A stretch of DNA of 64,000 nucleotides from an uncultured Myxococcales bacterium. Its GTDB lineage: Bacteria > Myxococcota_A > Bradymonadia > UBA7976 > UBA1532. Under the pieces are notes generated by a model. It was not told the DNA's origin. It was given only the letters and a program-made list of their open reading frames with translations, and searched no databases. Positions 9,212 through 18,347 of this stretch are shown here, piece after piece. Numbering within the stretch: position 1 is the stretch's first letter; each line of letters starts with the position of its first letter. The DNA is taken from positions 9,918 through 73,917 of the forward strand of contig CAINDO010000548.1 of the NCBI GenBank assembly GCA_903847385.1, in the 5' to 3' direction. The translations under genes were made by a program, and so were the position numbers.

Positions 9212-10957
9212 TCAGCGGCCGAGCGTGAGGGCCCAGCTCTTCAGCGTGCCGGTGTCCTGAGCGGCGGAGTCGACGACGGACAGTGTCCAGTCGCCCTTGG
9301 CGTCCACGCCGGTGAAGCCGCCGAGGTCGAAGCTCGCCTCGATGTTCTTCTGGCTGTCGCCCTCGTTGGCCCACACGGTGGCCGACTTGCGGCCCTTCTT
9401 GAGGACGACCTTCAGGTCGCCGACGTAGGTGTGTTCGACGTTCACATCGACCGTGACCGTCTTGACCGTGAAGGTGTCCGGCACGGTGATGACACTCTTG
9501 ATGCCGGCGGTCTTGTTGTCGGGGATCGCCACGGCGGTGGCGTTCTCGTAGTGACCCTCGACGGCCTCGCCGCCGCCGTCGTCGACCGGCGTCGTGCCAC
9601 CGCAGCGGGAGCCCGTGGGCGTGAAGCAGTTGTCGCGCACGCCGCTGGCGCCGAACGTCGAGTCACCGACGCCGCGGCGGACGGAGACCAGGATGTCGCG
9701 CCACGTCGTCTTGTAGCCGTTGCCCAGACCCTCGAAGATCTTGGCCATGGCCGGGCCGGCGAACATCACGGCGTTGGCCGAGACCTCGATGACGCTGGAC
9801 ATGATGTCCACGTTCTCGAAGCCCTTCTTCCCATCGACGATGGGCTTCACGTAGTACTCGTAGCCCAGGCAGCCGCCGTACAGGAAGATCTGGTAGTCGC
9901 TGTTGTACTGGGGGCGGGCCCAGAAGTCGCTGGCGCCGAGCATGCTGTGACCGTCGTAGACCACGATCTCGTGCTCGCCGAGGGCCTTCTGGAAGTTGGC
10001 GAAGTGGGCGTAGTCGCCCAGGCCGCTGAAGTCGTTGGGGGAGTAGAGGTCGACCTCGACGTTCGTGGCCCCGATGCGCTTGGTGTAGCGCTTGCCGACG
10101 GGCGCGGTGGCGGCCTCGGCGAAGCCGCCCTCCTTGAGCCAGGAGCCCATGCGGCGGAAGGCGTACATGCCCGGATCGCTGTCGGTGATCGCGCCGTCGC
10201 CGATCTGACCGAAGATCACCACGGCCGTGACCTTGCCGTCGGCCGTGAGCTTGTCGTACTCGGGGTAGGTCGCCTGGGCGGCCTGGAAGGTCTTGCTGAC
10301 GGTGACCTTCATCTGCTGGGTGGCGACCTTGCAGTTCGGGTTCGAGGGCTCCCAGCGATACCAGTAGACCGACTGGGACAGGCCGATGTGGTCGTCGTCG
10401 TCTGCGCAGGTGTCGCCGGCGTCCGTCAGGATGCTGTAGGGCTTCAGGGGCACGGTGGCCTCGAAGACCTTGCCGAGCTGCGCGCCGCTGCTGGCGCTGT
10501 TGAGCAGCACCGCGTTCACGCCGCGGATGCGGAAGTGCGTGAGCTTGGCGGCGTCGAGGGCCTTGGCCTGCTCGGCTGTGACCCAGGTGCCGTCCACGAG
10601 CCACTCGACGCGGTTGCGGGAGGCCACGTGCTCGGCGAGCGACTCCATGTAGAAGTCGCCGTTCTTGCGCAGGTAGGTCACGGCGAACTGGCCGAGCTCG
10701 GCGGGGCCGCGGTCGCTGCGGAAGCCCGCGCCCTCGAGGTCCGCCTCGATGTCGACCTCGACCTCGACGCCGTCCGGGTTGGTGTACGCGGTGTCCTCTT
10801 TGCCCTGGCCGGCCGGGGCGGCCGTGAAGGGGTTGGCCTGGTCGACCGTGGGATCCGTGCCTTGGCCGGCGCTCGCCGAGTCGTCGGTGCCTTCGGCGCT
10901 GCAGCCGGTGGCGAGGGCGGCGGTCAGGGTCCAGCGGAACAGGGTCTCGAGCTTCAT
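9212..10957 (-). CDS. Lipoprotein with a C-terminal proprotein-convertase P-domain; the N-terminal domain may be clan CD cysteine-peptidase-like
   Basis: The ATG at 10957 gives MKLETLFRWTLTAALATGC (lipobox). The last ~110 aa (AIPDNKTAGIKSVITV..VNVEHTYVGDLKVVLK..GDWTLSVVDSAAQDTGTLKSWALTL) match the P-domain pattern. Upstream, EIVVYDGHS and QIFLYGGCLG are each preceded by a hydrophobic strand. Confidence 0.85.
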   Translation of the reverse strand: MKLETLFRWTLTAALATGCSAEGTDDSASAGQGTDPTVDQANPFTAAPAGQGKEDTAYTNPDGVEVEVDIEADLEGAGFRSDRGPAELGQFAVTYLRKNGDFYMESLAEHVASRNRVEWLVDGTWVTAEQAKALDAAKLTHFRIRGVNAVLLNSASSGAQLGKVFEATVPLKPYSILTDAGDTCADDDDHIGLSQSVYWYRWEPSNPNCKVATQQMKVTVSKTFQAAQATYPEYDKLTADGKVTAVVIFGQIGDGAITDSDPGMYAFRRMGSWLKEGGFAEAATAPVGKRYTKRIGATNVEVDLYSPNDFSGLGDYAHFANFQKALGEHEIVVYDGHSMLGASDFWARPQYNSDYQIFLYGGCLGYEYYVKPIVDGKKGFENVDIMSSVIEVSANAVMFAGPAMAKIFEGLGNGYKTTWRDILVSVRRGVGDSTFGASGVRDNCFTPTGSRCGGTTPVDDGGGEAVEGHYENATAVAIPDNKTAGIKSVITVPDTFTVKTVTVDVNVEHTYVGDLKVVLKKGRKSATVWANEGDSQKNIEASFDLGGFTGVDAKGDWTLSVVDSAAQDTGTLKSWALTLGR

Positions 10958-11109
10958 CGGTCACTCCGGTTGGCGTCGGGGGGGCTGGCGAGTCGACTGG
11001 CCAGCATCGCGTTTCGGGGAGACTCGCTGCATCGGGCGTGCCAGCGTGTTCGAGCCCCAGGTTCCGAGACGAAGACGAATCGCAGTGAATCCTGTATCTT
11101 GCGCGCGCG

Positions 11110-12963
11110 ATGAAGGACTTCATGGACCTCGCCCGCCGCGGCGGGCTGCTTTTCGACGGCGCCATGGGCAGCCTGCTCTACGAGCGGGGTGTCTTTTTGA
11201 CCAATTGTTTCGAGGCGGTGAACCTCAGCCAGCCCGAGCTGGTGCGGCAGATCCACCACGAGTACATGCAGGCCGGCGCCCGGGTGCTCACCACCAACAC
11301 CTTCGGGGCGAACGCGTTCCGGCTCGCGAAACACGGGCTCGTGGACAAGGCCGCGGAGATCAACCGCGCCGGCGTGCAGCTCGCGCTGGAGACCTCCGGC
11401 GGGGCGGCCTTCGTGGCCGGCAGCGTGGGGCCGACGGGCGTGAGCTTCGAGGCCCTGGCCGGGCCGCAGGGGCCCGAGGTCGAGGCCGCGCTCCGCGCCC
11501 ACATGGAGGTCCTGCTGGATGCCGGCGCGGACGTCCTCTGCCTGGAGACGTTCTACGTCCTGGCCGAGCTCGAGATGGCCGTGCGGCTCGCCAAGTCGCT
11601 GACGTCCAAGCCGGTCGTCGCGCTCTACACGTTCCAGCCGGACGGGCAGGGGCTCGGCGGCCTGACGCCGGAGCAGGTGGGGCGGCGCCTCGTCGAGGCC
11701 GGGGCGGACGTGATCGGCGCCAACTGCGGCGGCGGTCCGGATCTCCTCTACAAGGTCACCAGCCCGATGGTCGGGCTCGGCGCGCCCGTGCTGGCGCAGG
11801 CCAACGCCGGCCGCCCCGAGGTCATCGAGGGCCGCGCGATCTACGTCGCCAACCCCGAGTACTTCGGCGTGTTCGCCCGGCGCCTGCTCAAGGCGGGGGT
11901 GAAGGTCCTGGGCGGCTGCTGCGGCACCAACCCCGAGCACATCCGGCGCATGGCGGGCGCGGCGCGCATGTTCGCCGCGGACGACCGCCTCTCGCCCCGG
12001 ATCTCCGGCGGGTCCGAGGCCGCGGACGCGGTACGGCAGGTCGAAGCGCCACTCTCCGAGCGCGGCACGTTCGCCGCCCGCATCGCCCGCGGGGAGTTCG
12101 TCTCCAGCGTCGAGCTCAACCCGCCCGTCGGGTTCGACCTGAGCAAACGCATCGCCGCGGCGGAGGCGCTGCGCGACTTCGGTGTGACCACCATCAACAT
12201 CGCCGACGGCCCCCGCGCCAGCCTGCGCATGTCCAACCTGGCCATGGCCTCCGCGGTGGCCCAGGCGACCGGCCTCGAGCCGCTGCTCCACGTGTGCTGT
12301 CGCGACCGCAACTTCCTGGGCCTGCAGGCGCACGTGCTCGGCTGCCACGTGATGGGCATCCGCAACATGGTCATCATCACGGGCGACCCGCCCAAGATGG
12401 GCGACTACCCCAACGCCACGGCCGTCTACGACGTCGACAGCGTCGGGTTGCTCAACATCGTCACCGGCTACAACAACGGCGTGGATCCGGCGGGCAAGCC
12501 GATGCCCGAGGCCACGCGGTTCTTGAAGCTCACGGGCGCGGAGCCCGCCGCCATCGACTACGATCGCGAGCTGCGCCGCCTCGAGATGAAGCGGGACGCC
12601 GGCGCCGAGGTCGTCATGACCCAGCCGGTCTACGACCCGCGGGTCGCCGAGCGGTTCCTGGACGACACGAAGTCCCTCGGCCTGCCGATCCTGCTGGGCG
12701 TGATCCCCCTGGCGAGCTTCCGCAACGCCACCTTCATCCATAAGAACATCCCGGGCATGCAGATGCCGCAGTACGTGCTCGACCGCATGGAGCAGGCGGA
12801 CGCGCAGGGCCGCGGCCAAGAGGAGGGCATCGCCATCGCGCGCGAGGCCCTCGGCGCGTTCCGCGATCGCATCCAGGGCGCTTACATCATGCCGCCCTTC
12901 GACCGACACAAGGTGGCAATGGCCGTGCTCGACGGCTTCATCTCCACCCCGGGGGGCCCATGA
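11110..12963 (+). CDS. Bifunctional homocysteine S-methyltransferase / 5,10-methylenetetrahydrofolate reductase (YitJ-like fusion)
   Basis: 617-aa ORF. The N-terminal half has the Hcy-methyltransferase pattern (LFDGAMGSLL..TNTFGAN..GANCGGGP..LGGCCGT). The C-terminal half has the MTHFR pattern (SVELNPP..INIADGP..LHVCCRDRN..ITGDPP). Confidence 0.9.
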   Translation: MKDFMDLARRGGLLFDGAMGSLLYERGVFLTNCFEAVNLSQPELVRQIHHEYMQAGARVLTTNTFGANAFRLAKHGLVDKAAEINRAGVQLALETSGGAAFVAGSVGPTGVSFEALAGPQGPEVEAALRAHMEVLLDAGADVLCLETFYVLAELEMAVRLAKSLTSKPVVALYTFQPDGQGLGGLTPEQVGRRLVEAGADVIGANCGGGPDLLYKVTSPMVGLGAPVLAQANAGRPEVIEGRAIYVANPEYFGVFARRLLKAGVKVLGGCCGTNPEHIRRMAGAARMFAADDRLSPRISGGSEAADAVRQVEAPLSERGTFAARIARGEFVSSVELNPPVGFDLSKRIAAAEALRDFGVTTINIADGPRASLRMSNLAMASAVAQATGLEPLLHVCCRDRNFLGLQAHVLGCHVMGIRNMVIITGDPPKMGDYPNATAVYDVDSVGLLNIVTGYNNGVDPAGKPMPEATRFLKLTGAEPAAIDYDRELRRLEMKRDAGAEVVMTQPVYDPRVAERFLDDTKSLGLPILLGVIPLASFRNATFIHKNIPGMQMPQYVLDRMEQADAQGRGQEEGIAIAREALGAFRDRIQGAYIMPPFDRHKVAMAVLDGFISTPGGP

Positions 12964-14015
12964 CCGAACCGCGCGTGTTGCCGCTGATCTCCGTCGTCAC
13001 ACCGGCCTTCAACGAGGAGGCGCTGATCAGCGCCAACCTGGCGACGCTGTGTGCCCACCTGGACACGCTGAGCGGCCGCTACCGCTGGGAGCTGATCGTC
13101 GTGAACGACGGCTCGCGCGACCGCACGGGGCCCCTGGCGGACGCCTTCGCAGCGACGCGCGAGAACGTCCGCGTCGTCCACCACCCCGTGAACCTGAACC
13201 TGGGGCAGGGGATCCGCACTGGCTTCGCCCACGCCCGCGGTGAATACATCGTCGTGCTGGACATGGACCTGAGCTACGCGCCGGACCATGTGGAGCGCCT
13301 GGTGGATACTCTGGAAGCCACCAAGGCGGACATCGCCGTGGCCTCGCCGTACATGCCCGGCGGGCGCTGCACGGCCGTGCCGACGATGCGTCTCTTCTTG
13401 AGCAAACGCGCCAACCGGTTCCTGGCGTTCTTCTGTCACCACGTCGACCTGCACACCATCACCGGCATGGTGCGGGCCTACCGGCGGGACTTCGTGACGC
13501 GCCTGTCGCTGAAGTCCAACGACATCGAGATCAACACCGAGATCGTCTACAAGGCCATGCTCCTGCGGGGCCGCATCGTCGAGATCCCGGCGCACCTGGA
13601 CTGGAGCGGCATCGTCGACCGCATCGCGTCGCGGCCGTCGAGCTTCAAGATCGCCAAGGGCATCCTGACGTACGCCCTCTCGGGCTTCTACTTCCGGCCC
13701 TTCGTGTTCTTCTTCCTGCCGGGTCTGTTGGGGCTGCTGTTGAGCACCTACCTGGCGGGCTGGCTCGTGTATCACATCGCCACGGCCTACGCGGCCGTGC
13801 CCGCCGGCGCGTTCATCGACGACCAGCTCTCGAACGCCATCGGCAAGGTCTTCCACGATCGGCCGCACGCGTTCTTCACGTTCGGCATCGCGCTGCTGAC
13901 CTCGGTGCAGTTCCTGATGTTCGGCGGGCTGTCGTTCCAGCAGAAACGCTACTTCGAGGACCTCTTCTTCGTGTCCTCCGAGCGCCGGGCCGACCGCTTC
14001 CGCGACGCCGACTGA
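12960..14015 (+). CDS. Glycosyltransferase family 2 membrane protein (polyprenol-phosphate glycosyltransferase-like)
   Basis: The ATG at 12960 overlaps the upstream stop (ATGA). GT2 pattern: ISVVTPAFNEE, VVNDGSRD, VVLDMDL. Two C-terminal TM segments are present (FVFFFLPGLLGLLLSTYLAGWLV and FFTFGIALLTSVQFLMFGGL). Confidence 0.9.
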   Translation: MTEPRVLPLISVVTPAFNEEALISANLATLCAHLDTLSGRYRWELIVVNDGSRDRTGPLADAFAATRENVRVVHHPVNLNLGQGIRTGFAHARGEYIVVLDMDLSYAPDHVERLVDTLEATKADIAVASPYMPGGRCTAVPTMRLFLSKRANRFLAFFCHHVDLHTITGMVRAYRRDFVTRLSLKSNDIEINTEIVYKAMLLRGRIVEIPAHLDWSGIVDRIASRPSSFKIAKGILTYALSGFYFRPFVFFFLPGLLGLLLSTYLAGWLVYHIATAYAAVPAGAFIDDQLSNAIGKVFHDRPHAFFTFGIALLTSVQFLMFGGLSFQQKRYFEDLFFVSSERRADRFRDAD

Positions 14016-14016
14016 C

Positions 14017-16452
14017 TCAGAAACACTGCCCGCCGAAACACTGCTGGCCGGCGGGGCAGTCGAGCTGACGATCACCGGCGGGGCCGTTGTCCGTCTGCCC
14101 GTCGCAGTCGTCGTCCACGCTGTTGCAGATCTCGACGGGCACCGGGTCGCCCGCCGGCAGGGGGCAGCGGGGGCCGGGGACGTCGCGCACGCACACGCCC
14201 CAAACGCCGGAGGTGCCATTGCCCTGGAGCGTGTCGAACGCGCCGGCCCGGCACTGCGAGCCCTCGGGGCAGGGGTGGGCCATCGTGCCGTCGCAGGGCT
14301 TGAGGCAGCGGTCGGTGAACCGCTCCTCCTCGGCGCAGACGGTGCCCTCGACGCACTCGCTGGAGTTGTCGAAGAACTGGTTGCAGTCCTCGTAGAGGGG
14401 CAGGCGGCCGGCGCGCTGGGTGCACTTTCCGGCAAGGGACTCCCCGTCGCCGAGCGGGCCGACGCCCCACGGTCGGCAGTTGCCGTCCGGGCAGCCGGAC
14501 ACGGCCGCGGTCGGGTCGCACTCGCCCAGGCAGAGGCCGAGGCCGTCCAGGGGCACGACGCCCTCGACACAGGCCGAGCCGGCGGCGCAGGCGTCCGCGT
14601 GGGCGGCGTCACAGAGGGCGAGACACACCGTCTGGCCGAACTGCGAGTCCGGGTCCGGGTAGCCGCACAGGTTGGCGGCGTTGCAGTCGCCCCAGTAGGT
14701 CTGGTCGCTGGGCCGGCAGTCGTCGCCGGCGGCGCCGCGACCCGCCTGCACACCCGGGCGACAGATGCCGATGGCGCCGGCTTGCAGCACGTCCATCAGC
14801 TCGCACGCCACCAGCGCCCCGCAGCTCCGCGCGTCGTAGGGGTTGCAGGTGTCGAGACAGACCTGGATCTGCGCGCCGAAGTCGGCCGAGAGATCGGCGC
14901 AGGCGGCGCCGCCGGCGCAGGCGCCCTCCGCGTCGCACGGCGCGACGCAGGTGCCGTAGAGACACGCCAGGCCCGCCTGGCAGCCGTCCACGCCGGGCGG
15001 TGAGCAGGCGTCGCCCACGGCGCCCGCCCCGGCCGGGGTGCAGGCCGACGCCCGACCCAGGATGTCGCAGTACGCCTCGATGCCGCAGTCCTGCGCCGCC
15101 GTGGCCGGGGCGCAGTCGTCGTCGGGGAAGCAGAAGCCGTTGCAGTTGGCGAACTGCGGGTCGCAGGCCTCCGTGGGCACGCAGATCTCCGTCCGGGCGC
15201 AGCCGCTCTGGGCGGCGTTTGCGTTGCAGCGCTCCCGGCAGGTGCCCTGTCCGTTGGCCGTCCCGACGCAGGCGAGGCCGGCGTCGCAGAAGCTGCCCGG
15301 GCCGCAGCGGGAGCCGACGCTGCCGTCGCCGCCGCCGGCGTCGGGCACACACGCGCCGGCCTGACACACCTCGCCGATCGCGCAGTCGAAGTCCCCCAGG
15401 CACCCGCCGCCGCCGTCGGGCACGCAGACACCGAAGTCACAGATCTCGCCGAGGCCACAGTCGAAGTCGCCGATGCAGCCGCCGCCGCCGCCGCCGCAGT
15501 CGGCCACGTCCGTGCCCGGCGGGCAGAGGAACGGCTCGTCGCACTCGTTGTCGTTGGTGTAGGGGCAGCCGCCGCCGCCGCCGGGCAGGCACACGCCGAA
15601 GTCCGGGTCGCAGTATTCGTCCGGTGCACAGTCGGCATCGCCGAGACAGAATCCGCCGCCGCCGCCGCCCGCGGGGAGGCACACGCCGAAGTCGGGGTCG
15701 CAGAACTCGTCGGGCGCGCAGTCCGAGTCGTCGAAACACTGCCCGCCACCGCCCCCGCCGGGCACGCACACGCCGTTGTTGCAGATGTCCTCGAGGCCGC
15801 AGTCCGCGTCGACGACGCACTCGTCGCCTCCGCCGCCGCCGCCGTCGGCCATGCACTGGTGCGTGCCCAGGTTGCAGATCTCGCCCGGGGCGCAGTCCGC
15901 GCTGCGATCGCAGTCGCCGGGCCCCGCGTCCGGGTTGCACATGCCGGTCACCACGTCGCAGTACTCGCCGGCGGCACAGTCGGAGTCCATCCGGCAGGGG
16001 CCGGCCTCCGTCGGCACGCACTGACCCAGGCGGCAGTATTCGCCCTGCGGGCAGTCGGCGGCCTCCATGCACTCCGGGCCGTCGCCTCCGCGGCAGTCCT
16101 CGGGATCCGAGCCGGCGGGACAGTCGCCCCCGGCCGAGGGCTCGTCACACACGCCGTCGTCCCGGGTGGGGCAGGTGCCCTCGGGTTTGAACGCGTCCGG
16201 CGGCAGGCTGCCGTCCACGAACCGCAGCGCGTCCGACTCGATCGGTCCGGCGTCGCTCGAAGGATCCGGCGGGTTGATGATCGCGCCGCGATCGTCCGTC
16301 GGCAGGTCCAGGCCGATGTCGCGGCCGGGCGTGCTGCCCTCGCAGTTCACGCCGAGGCAGTCCTCCAGCGTTTTCGCGGTGTCGTCGCCGCAGGCGAACA
16401 TCGACAGACCACAGAGGCTCGCGACCAGCGTCGCGCGGATGGGCTTGCGCAT
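14017..16452 (-). CDS. Cys-rich repeat lipoprotein (about 811 aa), paralog of 22650..25169
   Basis: ORF 14017..17484 trimmed to the ATG at 16452, giving MRKPIRATLVASLCGLSMFAC (lipobox). It has about 10 repeats of C-x2-D-x-DC-x2-GE-x-C-x(4-6)-G-x-C separated by poly-Gly. A C-terminal ~350-aa Cys-rich module follows, and the protein ends with a MopE-like motif (ICNSVDDDCDGQTDNG). Confidence 0.8.
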   Translation of the reverse strand: MRKPIRATLVASLCGLSMFACGDDTAKTLEDCLGVNCEGSTPGRDIGLDLPTDDRGAIINPPDPSSDAGPIESDALRFVDGSLPPDAFKPEGTCPTRDDGVCDEPSAGGDCPAGSDPEDCRGGDGPECMEAADCPQGEYCRLGQCVPTEAGPCRMDSDCAAGEYCDVVTGMCNPDAGPGDCDRSADCAPGEICNLGTHQCMADGGGGGGDECVVDADCGLEDICNNGVCVPGGGGGGQCFDDSDCAPDEFCDPDFGVCLPAGGGGGGFCLGDADCAPDEYCDPDFGVCLPGGGGGCPYTNDNECDEPFLCPPGTDVADCGGGGGGCIGDFDCGLGEICDFGVCVPDGGGGCLGDFDCAIGEVCQAGACVPDAGGGDGSVGSRCGPGSFCDAGLACVGTANGQGTCRERCNANAAQSGCARTEICVPTEACDPQFANCNGFCFPDDDCAPATAAQDCGIEAYCDILGRASACTPAGAGAVGDACSPPGVDGCQAGLACLYGTCVAPCDAEGACAGGAACADLSADFGAQIQVCLDTCNPYDARSCGALVACELMDVLQAGAIGICRPGVQAGRGAAGDDCRPSDQTYWGDCNAANLCGYPDPDSQFGQTVCLALCDAAHADACAAGSACVEGVVPLDGLGLCLGECDPTAAVSGCPDGNCRPWGVGPLGDGESLAGKCTQRAGRLPLYEDCNQFFDNSSECVEGTVCAEEERFTDRCLKPCDGTMAHPCPEGSQCRAGAFDTLQGNGTSGVWGVCVRDVPGPRCPLPAGDPVPVEICNSVDDDCDGQTDNGPAGDRQLDCPAGQQCFGGQCF
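15586..15765 (-). repeat. Two tandem 90-nt (30-aa) units inside the Cys-rich lipoprotein gene
   Basis: aggcacacgccgaagtc... recurs exactly 90 nt apart (15587 and 15677). The units encode CLGDADCAPDEYCDPDFGVCLPGGGGG and CFDDSDCAPDEFCDPDFGVCLPAGGGGGG. Flanking (gcc)n runs encode poly-Gly. Confidence 0.8.
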
Positions 16453-16543
16453 TTCACTCTTCCGGCAAGATTCGAACGTGAGCGGACTGTAACAGACGCG
16501 CGTACTTCCGCCCAAGTGGGGCGACACCCGACTCAGGACGACG

Positions 16544-16572
16544 TTGCCCGTAGCGCGCGAGCATGCTATCTG
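16544..16572 (+). promoter_or_regulatory. Possible sigma-70-type promoter for the S1-homolog gene
   Basis: TTGCCC (16544-16549), a 17-nt spacer, then TATCTG (16567-16572). It lies about 38 nt upstream of the ATG at 16610. Found by eye only. Confidence 0.3.
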
Positions 16573-16609
16573 CCCGCGGCGATCCTTGGCGACCCATCCG
16601 GAGACACGC

Positions 16610-18340
16610 ATGTCCGAGACGAACGAGACCCCCCAGGCCCCGACCCCGAACGCCGCCGCCGCGGACCCGTTGCTGGACCGCAACGCGACCCTGGCCGAGC
16701 TGACCGCGCATTGGGAGAGCCTGGCGAGCAAGCCGGGCACCGTCGAGGCCGGCCGCGTGGTCGAGGTCGGCGAGTCCGAGCTCGTGGTCGAGGTCGCCGC
16801 CGGTCGCGGCCGCGTGGCCGTGTCCGAGCTGCGCGGCGCCCGGCCCGCCGTCGGTGAGACGCTCCGCGTGTTCATCGAGCAGGTCCTGGCGGACGGCCCG
16901 GTGCTCTCGCTCATCAAGGCCCGCGGCCTGGACCTGTACGATCGCCTCGAGGCCGCCGCCGATCGCGACGAGCCCGTCGAGGGCGTCGTGCTCGCCCGGG
17001 TGAAGGGCGGCCTCTCGGTGGACGTCGGCCTCAAGGCCTTCCTGCCCGACCGCCGCACGGACGCGCCCCTGGGCGAGGGCCAGAAGAACCGCTTCTGGGT
17101 GCGCGACTGGGACGAGCGCAAGGACACGTTCGTCCTCGCCCGCGAGCCGCGCTCGGCGCGGGACGTCCGTGAGGCCCGCAAGAACAAACCCCGCGAGGTC
17201 GACGCGACCGTCGAAGGCGAGGCCGGCGCCGAGAGCGTCGCGGCCGCGCCCGCGACGCCCGTCACGTTGCCCGCCGAGGGCGAGGTCTTGAAGGGCCGCG
17301 TGGCCCGCCTCGCCGACTTCGGCGCGTTCGTCGAGCTGCCCGGCGGCGCGACGGGCCTGCTGCACGTGAAGGACATGAGCTGGGGCCGCGTGCAGCACCC
17401 GGCGGACGTCGTCGCCATCGGGGACGAGGTCGAGGTCAAGGTCCTGAAGATCCAGAGCGCGGGCGAAGGCGGCAAGGGCGACAAGATCCAGCTCTCCCGC
17501 CGCGTGCTGCTCCCGGCGCCCTGGGCGACGGTGTCCGACCGCCTGCGCGTCGGTCAGAAGGTCTCCGGCCCGGTCATCAGCTTCGCGGACTACGGCGCCT
17601 TCGTCGAGGTCGAGCCCGGCGTCGAGGGCATGGTCCACGTCAGCGAGATCGGCTGGGGCAACCCCAAGCACCCCAGCGACGCCCTGTCGGTCGGCGAGCG
17701 CGTCGAGGCCGAGATCATCCACCTCGACCCCGAGAAGAAGCACCTCAAGCTCAGCATCAAGAAGCTCAAGGGCAGCCCCTTCGCGGCGCTGCGCGAGAAG
17801 TTCCCCGTCGGCACGCGCGTGCGCGGCGTGGTCAAGAACATCGCCAGCTTCGGCGTGTTCGTCACGCTGGACGCCGAGAACGGCTTCGAGGGCCTGGTCC
17901 ACAGCTCCGACCTGAGCTGGACGCCCGTGGGCAAGGTGGCCGAGCACTTCCCCGCGGGTCGCGAGGTCGAGGCGCTCGTCCTCGGCATCGACGAGGAGCG
18001 CGGCCGCTGCAGCCTGGGCATCAAGCAGCTCACGGCCGAGCCCGTGCGGCCCTCGCTGGACGCCTTCAGCGTCGGGCAGACGCTCGAGGGCAAGGTCATG
18101 CGCGTGAAGGACTTCGGCGCCTTCATCGAGCTCGCGCCCGGCATCGAGGGCCTCGCCCACGCCGGCGAGATGGGCCTCGCCGAGGGTCAGAAGCCTCGCG
18201 ACAAGGTCCAGGCCGGCCAGAAGGTCCGGGTCACCATCGCCAGCCTGGACGCCGAGGCGCGCCGCGTCGGCCTGGTGATCGACTTCCCGGAGGCCGCGCC
18301 GGCGGTCGAGGCGCCGGCCGAGCCGCCCGCCGAGGGCTGA
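16610..18340 (+). CDS. S1 RNA-binding domain protein (30S ribosomal protein S1 homolog)
   Basis: ORF 16544..18340 trimmed to the ATG at 16610, which has GGAG 6 nt upstream. The product has repeated S1 domains (GRVARLADFGAFVEL, GPVISFADYGAFVEV, GVVKNIASFGVFVTL, GKVMRVKDFGAFIEL). The N-terminal part is collinear with S1 domains 1-2 (VKGGLSVDVGLKAFLP). An insertion replaces the usual third domain, so it may be a paralog rather than the housekeeping rpsA. Confidence 0.8.
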   Translation: MSETNETPQAPTPNAAAADPLLDRNATLAELTAHWESLASKPGTVEAGRVVEVGESELVVEVAAGRGRVAVSELRGARPAVGETLRVFIEQVLADGPVLSLIKARGLDLYDRLEAAADRDEPVEGVVLARVKGGLSVDVGLKAFLPDRRTDAPLGEGQKNRFWVRDWDERKDTFVLAREPRSARDVREARKNKPREVDATVEGEAGAESVAAAPATPVTLPAEGEVLKGRVARLADFGAFVELPGGATGLLHVKDMSWGRVQHPADVVAIGDEVEVKVLKIQSAGEGGKGDKIQLSRRVLLPAPWATVSDRLRVGQKVSGPVISFADYGAFVEVEPGVEGMVHVSEIGWGNPKHPSDALSVGERVEAEIIHLDPEKKHLKLSIKKLKGSPFAALREKFPVGTRVRGVVKNIASFGVFVTLDAENGFEGLVHSSDLSWTPVGKVAEHFPAGREVEALVLGIDEERGRCSLGIKQLTAEPVRPSLDAFSVGQTLEGKVMRVKDFGAFIELAPGIEGLAHAGEMGLAEGQKPRDKVQAGQKVRVTIASLDAEARRVGLVIDFPEAAPAVEAPAEPPAEG

Positions 18341-18347
18341 GCCGCGG

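Noticed and set aside
10958-11109. Possible SAM (S-box / SAM-IV-like) riboswitch ahead of the homocysteine methyltransferase/MTHFR gene. The B. subtilis yitJ homolog has an S-box, and local strings CUGGCC and GUGCCAGCGU..GCCCC look reminiscent.
   Set aside because: The order of the elements does not match either class. The GGCAACC and AGAGA/kink-turn core motifs are absent. The 152-nt divergent spacer must also hold two promoters. Only a GCGAGUC...GACUCGC hairpin (10989-11027) remains. An Rfam/Infernal scan would settle it.
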